From assembly GCA_951406725.2 (NCBI GenBank), contig OX597814.1:183024001-183088000 (forward strand): a DNA stretch of 64,000 nucleotides, written 5' to 3'. A program made the position numbers and the translations under genes. This stretch comes from Octopus vulgaris (Eukaryota). Below are positions 54,366 to 64,000 of this stretch, in pieces. The stretch's first letter is position 1. Each line of letters begins with the position of its first letter. The notes under the pieces are model-generated. The model had not been told where the DNA came from and ran no database searches. It saw only the letters and a list, made by a program, of their open reading frames with translations.

Positions 54366-56262
54366 ATATATAACTTAGAAATAACTTAGAAAGGTTTTTG
54401 GCCAGTATTGGCCCAGGCCATGTCTAACTTAATAGCACCACCTGGCGAAGTCTTTCAGTTCAGGATTTGGGCACCAAGGCCCATTCGAGCAGAGAGTTAT
54501 TGTTTGCGGAGACATATCCGGGTGTGGATGGTTTGTCCGGTACTGTTTGAAGGAATTTGTCCAAAGACTTCTTGAATTTTGTGTGGTCAGTTTCTTTTTT
54601 GACATGTCCTGGTGTAATGTTGAAGAGAGCGGGTCCAATTGAGGTGAAATAGTTGTGCCGTATTGTCGTTATGTGATGCGATTTAGATTTTTGTTGTGGA
54701 CGGATGGCACGTGGTCCAAGCCTTGGATGCATTTTGAAGGTGATGCCAACATCATTCGGACAGTGCTGATGGAATATTTTCCACATCATACAGATAATGT
54801 AGCGTTCACGGCGTCGTTGGAGTGAATACAATTTCAGCTTCTCTAGTCTACCCCAGTAGTCAAGGTCTGACATGCCATCTATCTTTTTTGTGATTGACCT
54901 TTGGGGAGCTTCAATTCTCATAATATTTTGTTTTGTGTAGGGAGACCACAGTGGACAGCAGTATTCAAGGTGGGGTCGGGCAAAAGTGGAGAAGAGAAGG
55001 ATAATAGCGTGGGAATCTCTCGACTGGAAGGTTCTGAGAATCCAGGAACACATTCTGCGGGCCATGTCAACTTTGCTGCTTATATGTGTAGCCCAGCTTA
55101 TGTTGTTGTCCACTGTTACTCCCAGGTCTCTGATGTTGTTGGATGCCATGAGAATTTCTCCAGAAGGAAGAGAGTATGGGAGTTTCAGAGCGTCCTCCCT
55201 TCCAAAGTGGATCAGTTCGAATTTGTCTTCATTTAGCAACATGTTATTCTTTTCCGCCCATTGGACAACAGCTAGTAGGTCTGACTGAAGGTTTATTCGG
55301 TCATCCACGCCATTGATGACCTTCTGGAGCTTGGAATAATCAGCGAAGGTTCTGATGTTGCTGTGTTTGATGGTGTCAGTAATATCATTTATGTAGATGA
55401 TGAAGAGAAGTGGGCCCAACACAGTGCCTTGTGGGACACCACTGCTGACTTTGGCTGGGCTGGATTTGACTCCTTCGACTACAACATGTGGGTTCTGTTA
55501 GAGAGGAAGCACTTGATCCATTGCAGCAGCTTTCCAGTGACACCAATATTGGACAGCTTTCTCAGAAGGATCTTATGATCAACCCTGTCAAAGGCCTTGC
55601 TGAAATCAAGGTAGATGACATCAGTGTTGGAACCCTCTCCCAAGGCTCTCAAAATGTCATCAAAATGATGCAGTAGCTGCGTCAGGCAATCTCTCCCATT
55701 ACGGAATCCATGCTGGTTGGGGTTCAGCATATTATGACTCTCAAGGAAGTGAGTCATACGCGATCTCAGCACCCTCTCAAATACCTTGATGATATGAGAG
55801 GTGAGTGAGATTGGACGGTAATTCACGGCAAGCGATTTGTTTCCTTTTTTGAAAACTGGGACAACAGACTGGGATAGAAGGTCTTCTGGTATATATCCAG
55901 CATCCAATGAGTTCCGCCACAGATTGGCTAGAGGGGGTGCAAGTTGGTTTTGACACATCTTCAAGACACAAGCAGGGAACCTATCGGGACCTACTGCTGA
56001 ATTATGCTTCATTTCCTTTATTGCTGCTAAGACATCAGGAGCGCCAAATGTTATGTCCGATAAAGTGTATTGGGGAGTAACATCACTGATACAGCCCAGA
56101 TCAGTCATATCAGGATTGCTGAAAACAGAGCAATATTGTTTCTGCAATATTTCTCCCATGGTTTTGGCATTGTCTTGAAGAATACCATTTTCATCAATCA
56201 GAGGGCCAACAGTAGAACCAGTGACTCTGTGTTTTTTTTGCAAATGAAAAGAACACTTTGGG
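54366..56262 (-). mobile_element. 5'-truncated CR1-group LINE, reverse transcriptase pseudogene
   Basis: [61 protein letters not shown] (catalytic FADD mutated), SLQRRRERY; frameshift near 55480; (TTTCTAAGTTA)2 tail. Confidence 0.95.
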
Positions 56263-56356
56263 ATATACATATATACATACATATAAATATATATATGTAC
56301 ATACATATATACATACATATAAATATATATGTATATATATATATACACATACATAT

Positions 56357-56467
<111 letters not shown>

Positions 56468-56533
56468 TGTGTGTGTGTGTGTGTGTGTATGTATATGTAT
56501 GTGTATATATATATATACATATATATTTATATG

Positions 56534-56589
<56 letters not shown>

Positions 56590-56754
56590 ATTATTAATAT
56601 TGGGGAAGTTATTTCCGAGAGTCCACAGGGGAGAGAAATTCAATTTAGTGTTACTAAAATGAATTTCTCGCTGTATGTATATATATATATGTATACCAGA
56701 GTAAACACATAAATGTGAAACAAGGTGGAAAAAAGAGTACTCAAATACCAAAAA

Positions 56755-56792
56755 TTGTCCGACGAACGGGAACGTGAAACTCAGAGTAATAG
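56755..56792 (+). ncRNA. minimal hammerhead motif (CCGACGA core)
   Basis: TTGT-CCGACGA-ACG(GGAA)CGT-GAAA-CTC(A)GAG-TA-ATAG. Confidence 0.65.
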
Positions 56793-57048
56793 GTTTTGTT
56801 GAATTTTCTGCTACTTTTAAATTAAGTATATATATATATATTTACGCACACATATATATGCGCATAAATAAACGTTTGTAAGTATGTATGTGTTTATGTT
56901 TGTGTTTGTCCGTGTGCGTGCATGGTTGTATACATTTATATCTAGGTAGTGTATAAATTAATGTCATGACATGACATAATTAAAGATTGAAGCAATAAGG
57001 ACATGGAGAATATAGACAATTAAGTTGACCCTATTGGCACTTGTTTAA

Positions 57049-57245
57049 CTCTTTAGCATTGAGACTGGCCATATCCGGCCAAAATCTTCCCTCAGGTTTA
57101 TGTTCAGACTGGCAAGATCTGGCTTCTCTAAAAATATACAATCACATAATCGAAATCTCAAAGCTACAGGATAATGCATGATTAATTATAAACAGCGTGA
57201 TTAAACAAGCATTACATGTGACCGAATAGTCTGAATGTTAAAGGG
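57049..57245. mobile_element. piggyBac-like MITE
   Basis: TTAA-CTCTTTAGCATT ... AATGTTAAAGGG-TTAA. Confidence 0.75.
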
Positions 57246-57448
57246 TTAAATAAAGTCATGTGGGTGAATCTCAAAATCAACCTCCAAATATCGAAAACGT
57301 AGGTCTACACGCGAGGCATTTTATTTGGCACCGTATTCTTCTTGTCCTACCTACCTATTAAGAATATTGATCTCTCACATTGGAACAAAATCAGACTTAT
57401 TTAGTAAAGGACATATTCTGTTAAATCAACCCTATGAATGAATGATAT

Positions 57449-57750
57449 GGAGGCACATGGCCTAGTGGATAGCACAGCGGGCTCGCGGTCGAGGGCTCGC
57501 GGGTCCGAATCTCAGACCGGGCGATGTGTGTGTTTATGAGCGAAACACCTAAGCTCCACGCGGCTCCGGCAGAAGGTAATGGCGAACTTCTGCTGACTTT
57601 TTCGCCACAACTTTCTCTCACTCTTTCCTCCTGCATCTTGCACCTCACCTGGGACGGACCGGCGTCCTGTCCAGGTGGGGACCCTATACGCCAAGGAAAC
57701 CGGGAAACCAGCCCTTATGAGCCAGACATGGCTTGAGAAGGAACAAACAA
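57449..57750 (+). mobile_element. SINE family C-related head with tail type 4 (V-SINE-like)
   Basis: GGAGGCACATGGCCTAGTGG..AGACCGGGCG..CTTTCTCTCACTCTT then GACGGACCGGCGTCCTGTCCAGG..GGAAACCGGGAAACC. Confidence 0.75.
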
Positions 57751-58144
57751 TGAATGAACGATACGTTATTTATGCAGACCCTGCGTAAGATTAGTTTGTA
57801 TTTTATCGATTTCAGAAGAGAAAAAAATGTAAAATCGACCCAAAGGGTATTTGAACTTTGAAATGCTTTTCTTTTTAATAAATATCAATCACTTCACTAC
57901 CTGTGGGGATTAGAAACAAAAAAGAAGAGAAAATGAAAAACATGTTTGGATACAATAGCCAATAGTCTCAAGTTAAAGAGTTGTTCCTAAAACAGGCCCA
58001 TTATGTAGGAGTTAAATTATAAATAAATAATGTCATACGAATTTACAAACTTCGAGAGACGAGGAATAATTCAATTTTAACTGTGGGACATTGTTTTATT
58101 GAAAGGTTTTTCACTCAATACCATTATGTTATTATTTATAGCCT

Positions 58145-58620
58145 TTCTGTAAGGTGGCAAGCTCGGAGAGTCGTAACAGTGCCGGACAAACTGCTCAGCT
58201 CAGCGGTATTTCTTCTGACTTTACGTTCTGAATTCAAATGGTGCCGAGGTTGACTTTGCCTTTCGTTCAGTTCGGGGTTTATAAAATAAGTACCAGCTGA
58301 GTACTGAGGTTGATGTAATCAACTAGTTCCCACTCCTCAAATTTGCTGGCCTTGTACCAAAATAAGAAAATATTTCTTTTAGCTTTATTTATTTCGAGTT
58401 GCACAGTTAAAATCGAATTATAAAGAGATTGGATATCGTAATAATATCGTTTCAAATTTTGGCACAAGGCCCGCAATTTCAGGAAAGGGGCAAGTCGATT
58501 ACACCGATACCAGTGCTTAACTGGTACTTATTTTATTGATGCCGAAAGGATGAAAGGCGAAGTCAACCTCTGTGGAATTTGAACTCAGAACGTAAAGACG
58601 GACAAAATGCCGGTAAGCAT
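58145..58620. mobile_element. two diverged SINE family B copies in inverted orientation
   Basis: 58145-58360 plus and 58450-58620 minus share the family core. Confidence 0.75.
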
Positions 58621-59556
58621 ATATATATTGATAGAAATGGTAAGACAACAAAAGAATAAAAGAGACCTTGATATTATGTAAATAGAGGAATTTATCTGTC
58701 ACATATATTTACAGATATATATACATATATATAACATTTTAAAACTGTTGTAATACTTAAAATATTTAATAACATGATGTAGCGTGAAACGATCGTACCA
58801 AATTACCGGAGATATTCTTGTCGCTTATTTTGATTATATATATATATAATACAAATCCCGTTCTATGTGTGTGTGTAAAAGATTATAACAGTCGTATTTT
58901 TCAACTGATTGCGCTGGAACTTTACACAGTGGGTGCACACATCACAGTGGGTGCACCAGTTAAATTTCAAGAAAGAACATATGTGATTGCAGTAAAAATC
59001 GATATCATTCCAAAATGAACAGTAATCGAACACGTTTCATGCAGGCATTTTATTATGTGTTTAATAAATAAGCTGACACAAAAGAGTAAGAAGACATGGC
59101 AATTATTTTGAATAAGTAAAAATGAAATAAAATATTAACTTTAACGAATAAATAGCACTAATTGGCGATCAATCAACTCTGTGAATATTTTCTCACAACA
59201 AAATTCAATTGACAGAAGAAAATGACAATTTGATTGGTAATTGAACGTGGAAATTTGGGTGACGAATATCTAAAACTTTAGCTTGCAGTTTCTTATAAAA
59301 GACAAAAAAATGAGCGGTATTATTCGACTTTTGCGTGACTCACTTGATTTGACTTGTACATGCTGATTATTTATTCTTTAATTCCATTTCACGATGAAGG
59401 AATATTAGTATCAACATTTCAAATTACGAGTTATTATTTTTTTTATCAGTAAGCATGATTGAATGATATTTTGGCAAATTCTTCTTATCCTTTTTACGAA
59501 TTTTACAGATCAAATTCATCGGTTACATTCTAAAAAAAGCACTATTCGGTCGGTTC

Positions 59557-59811
59557 TTATTTCTTTATTGCCCACAAGGGGGCCAAACATAGAGGGGACA
59601 AACAAGGGATTAAGCCGATTACATCGACCCCAGTGTCTAACTGGTACTTAATTTATCGACCCAGTGTTCAACTGGTGCTTATTTTATCGACCCTGAAAGG
59701 ATGAAAGGCAAAGTCGACCTCGGCGGAATTTGAACTCAGAACGTAAAGACAGACGAAATACAGCTAAGCATTTCGGCCGGCATGCTAACGTTTCTGCCAG
59801 CTCGCCGCCTT
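59557..59811 (-). mobile_element. SINE family B with 17-bp TSD
   Basis: CACTATTCGGTCGGTTC at 59540-59556 and 59812-59828. Confidence 0.92.
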
Positions 59812-59945
59812 CACTATTCGGTCGGTTCCGGTAGCTTATTCATCCACAAGTTTTGCTTCTTTATCAATCAACATGGCATATTGCCAAAGCCCTATATACC
59901 ATTTGAAGTTTTCCGGTTTGCATTCAATTATAGATTTTTGATAGG

Positions 59946-61550
59946 ATGCCTCGAAAAAACGAGTCCCATTGGCAGAAAAACAAAAATGCTTCCGTTTTGC
60001 ATTTCTTGCGATCAAGCGAGAAGAAAGAACAATGTGCGCTTCGGCGTGCTCGCAGTGCTACTTCCACTGCAGTTACCGGAGCATCACAGACAGCTCAACA
60101 AGCAAAACTCCGGCGTGCTCGGAACGCTGCTTCTACTGCAATTACCGGAGCATCACAGACAGCTCGACAAGCAAAACTCCGGCGTGCTCACGATGCTGCC
60201 TCTACTTCAAATAGCCGTGCTTTAGAGACTGTTGAACAAAGGGTCACAAGGCTTGGGGCTGATTCTCAAAGTAAAATGCGTTCTCATGTCTTTTTGCCGG
60301 TTTCTTCCTGTTGCCGGTCTAACAAAGCCTTTTATTACACCCCTATGAGGCCTACGCATCGCACCCTCATATCATCATTGGTAACATGTCTACAGTTTGC
60401 GCCCATTGTAATGCAATGAGGTGGCCAGCAGAGTCTACTGGTATAAGCTGCTCCAATGGAGCGGTTAGCTTGCCTCATTTACAAGTCGGTGCTCGGAGAC
60501 CATCCAAATACTAAATACTTTCTTCGGAATATAAGAGTTTACAATTCCGCTTTCCAAGTGACAAGCTCTGGTCATGCATCAATAAGAGATGGAAATTATA
60601 TGCTCACCTTCAAAGTACAAGGCCAAATTTACCACCAAATTGGCTCCCTTATTCCTCAAGATGGCGATGAACACAGCTTTTTTCAGATTTACTTTATGGG
60701 AGACGGACCCGAAGAAATTGCACGAAGAGCTTCATTTGCTACAGGAACAAGACCATCTTCAAAAAATAAATGAACTTCATCCTGCGTATGATGCCCTCCA
60801 ATATCCATTACTGTTCCCCTATGGTGACGATGACTACCGCATTGACTTGCCAAAGTTTAATCTGGAAACATTAATGCATCTTCAACCACTGAAAACCATT
60901 TCACAAATGGAATTTTATGCATTTCGGCTTATGGTTCGCAACAACATCAACATTCTTCATAGAACAAGGATGCTCCTCAATGAATACTGTATAGACGTAT
61001 TTGCTAAGGTATTTACTCCACACATTTCTTCCCTTTCCAGATTGCCACCGAACGCCTCCAGTGGTTAAGACACTATAAAAAACAATTGCGTACGGAAGTA
61101 TGTGGCAATCTTCGTGACGTAGTGAAGCGAAATGATCAGGTTGCTGCTTCGAATATTGGACGTTCTGTCATTCTCTCATCATCATACATTGTAGGCCCCC
61201 CGGTACATGTATGAAAAAATGCAGGATGCTCTCAATTATGTCCGCCACTGTGGCCGTCCAGATTTTTTTCATCGCTTTCAGTTGTAATCCAAAATGGGTT
61301 GACATCCAGTTTCACTTACTTCATGGTCAAAATCCTCCAGATAGGCATGATATCACATCTAGAGTGTTTCATCTGAAGCTAATGAAAATTATGGACGGTA
61401 TAAAACACGGATATGTTTTTGGACCACTATGATGCCGTGTAGAATGGCAGAAGAGAGGACTCCCTCATGCCCATATCCCCTTCTAGCTTCAAACTAAATT
61501 AATGTCAACGGATATCGACTCAGTTATCAGTGCTGAACTGCTAACTCCCC
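59946..61550 (+). pseudogene. Helitron RepHel N-terminal/Rep pseudogene; probable element 5' end near 58840
   Basis: IGNMSTVCAHCNAMRW, FLRNIRVYNSAFQVTS, FKVQGQIYHQIGSL, YDALQYPLLFPYG, FSCNPKW, DRHDITSRVF, VEWQKRGLPHAH (HUH motif); many frameshifts; helicase absent. Confidence 0.93.
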
Positions 61551-62039
61551 AAAAGAACAAACACAAAAGACACAACAACGCGATGACGTGGTATATGTAA
61601 TATATTAGCAGACGCTCAGGGAAGCAAAGAAAGATGGTTTAACGTTTCGTGCAGACACTCTTCTTCGGAAAAGAGAACCGGCGCTGGTGTGTTTACTTAG
61701 CGGTTCGGCAAGAGAGGCCGATAGAATAAGTACTAAGCTTACAAAAAATAAGTTCTGGGGTCGATTTGCTCGACTAAAGGCGGTGCTCTAGCATGGCCGC
61801 AGTCAAATGACTGATACAAATATAAGAGTGATTATATCGTTGTTGTTTAACTCCAGATCATATTTGATCCAGACACATGATCATAGGTATTCCAACAGCG
61901 ACTAAACAACGTCTTCTTTTCACTGAGAATCTGAAAAAGCATTAGAAAATCTGACTTAAGTTATTAAATACAGCATAATAAAAGTTGAGGGTGATTTAGC
62001 TGCTACTTCTGCAGATCATACAGATGATCTCTTGACAGC

Positions 62040-62395
62040 TCAAAGACGATGATGTTGTTGATGATAATGCCGAATATGATTATGGCAATAATGGTGATAA
62101 CGATAATAATAATATCACGGCTGTTGCTACAGCTAATGGCGATGATAACGTTGATGATGACGTTGATGGTGACGTTGATGGTGACGTTAATGGCGATGAT
62201 GAAGATGACAATGATGATAATGATGACGGCGAAGACGATGATGAAGATGATGATGATGAAGATGATGATACTTTTGCTGCTGACAATGATGCTGCTGCTG
62301 CTGCTGATGTTGATGATAAGGTCAACAACGAGGGCGTTGACGAATATGACATTGATGAAGAGACGTTGGCAATGATGATGATGACGACGACGACC

Positions 62396-62426
<31 letters not shown>

Positions 62427-62462
62427 CGATGTCGACCACAGCAATGATGACGATGATGATAA
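62040..62462. repeat. degenerate (GAT)n/(GAC)n tract
   Basis: Direct reading. Confidence 0.9.
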
Positions 62463-62741
62463 TTCAGCTTGTACATTTCAGAAATGGGTTTTTTTTTTGT
62501 TTTTTTTTTTCCAAAAAAATATCTCACATCATCTTGCAAGATTGGTGCAGAAGAAATGAGAATGTATTAAATTATACATGATTGAGTTGGCTCTCAGTCT
62601 GGCAGGAACCAAAACAGGGAACTAATCTGATTATCAATCCACAGCATTCCCCCCCCCCCCCAGCAATGCTGCATACATCCAAACAGCCACACACTCACAT
62701 GATCATATACAAACGTACAAGAACATATGTACTAAGATATA

Positions 62742-62809
<68 letters not shown>

Positions 62810-62816
62810 CACATAC

Positions 62817-62875
<59 letters not shown>

Positions 62876-62903
62876 AGAACATATGTACTAAGATATAAAC
62901 ATA

Positions 62904-62951
<48 letters not shown>

Positions 62952-63057
62952 CGCACACAGAGACTCAGTAAGACATAAACATGTAAACAGTCACACAGTA
63001 GTACACATGCGTATAAGCTCTTTCCTTTCCTCTTTCTCTCACTCCTTTCCTCTCACT

Positions 63058-63462
63058 CTCTTTTACTCTTTACTCTTTTACTTGTTTCAGTCATCTGACT
63101 GCGGCCATGCTGGAACACCGCCTTTAATCGAGCAACTCGACCTCGGGACTTATTCTTTTGTAAGCCCAGTACTGATTCTATCGGTCTCTTTTGCCGAACC
63201 GCTAAGTAACGGGGATATAAACACAACACTATCGGTTGTCAAGCAATGCTAGGGGGACAAACACAGACACACAAACACACACACGCATATATACATATAT
63301 ATACATATATACGACGGGCTTCTTTCAGTTTCCGTCTACCAAATCCACTCACAAGACTTTGATCGGCCCGAGGCTATAGTAGAAGACACTTGCCCAAGGT
63401 GCCACGCAGTGGGACTGAACTCGGAACCATGTGGTTGGTAAACAAGCTACTTACCACACAGT
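63058..63462 (-). mobile_element. SINE family A, near full length
   Basis: Family A motifs from the tail to CTTACCACACAG. Confidence 0.9.
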
Positions 63463-63479
63463 ACATGCATTACATACAT

Positions 63480-63547
<68 letters not shown>

Positions 63548-63569
63548 TAGATACAGCAAGTATGATATA

Positions 63570-63825
63570 ATGGTTTCAAATTTTTCCACAAGGTCAGCCA
63601 CTTTTTTTTGGGTAGGATTAGTCAATTACATCGACACCAGTGTTCAAATGGTGCTTATTTTTTTCGACCCCGAAAGGATGAAAGGTAAGGTCGTCCTCGG
63701 TGGAATTTGAACTCAGAAAGTAGTGACAGGCGAAATACCTATTTCTTTACTACCCACAAGGGGCTACACGCAGAGGGGACAAACAAGGACAGACAAACGG
63801 ATTACGTCGATTACATCGACCCCAT
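63570..63825 (-). mobile_element. SINE family B partial dimer
   Basis: Junction GGCGAAATACCTATTTCTTTACTACCCAC, as in 4380-4758 and 43572-44135. Confidence 0.8.
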
Positions 63826-64000
63826 TGCATTTATGTTTACGTGTAAGGTTTCTTTAATCATTTTATGAAACAATGTTTTGTTAGCTTATGTTCTAAACAC
63901 CAGCTTAATAATTATTTCTAACATGGGTACAAAGCCAGAAACTTTGGGGGAATGGTTAGACAAAATAATCGACTGTCAATATTTGACTGACGCTTTACTT

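Noticed and set aside
54460-56262. Active or domesticated reverse transcriptase
   Set aside because: 5'-truncated, frameshifted, and the catalytic FADD reads FADY.

Overview
AT-rich, microsatellite-saturated animal genomic DNA. The SINE, LINE and microsatellite make-up suggests an octopus or other coleoid cephalopod; this is inferred from repeat motifs, not from a search. No intact host protein-coding gene is visible, and nearly all ORFs in the track are translations of (TA)n, (CA)n, (TACA)n, (TATC)n or trinucleotide repeats. Recognisable content: at least four tRNA-derived SINE families with shuffled tails; decayed non-LTR retroelements (CR1-like RT, RTE, and RLE-endonuclease R4/Dong-like copies in (TAA)n); DD37D maT and mariner remnants; several MITEs; a Helitron RepHel pseudogene and a non-autonomous Helitron. 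The main unexplained signal is roughly 20 type I hammerhead ribozyme (HHR) motifs, intact or decayed, found by eye in about ten or more unrelated short elements. They usually lie just upstream of a TA/CA microsatellite, are often in fold-back arrangements, and include core variants (UUGAAAA with a compensatory U3:A8 pair, CCGAYGA, CUGUUGA). The best example (38734-38819, minus) has an extended bulged stem I and lies between 109-bp direct repeats 365 bp apart. This resembles Penelope-like pseudo-LTR or retrozyme biology. A 250-bp-arm hairpin at 8500-9021 also stands out. All folds were assigned manually; cleavage activity is untested.
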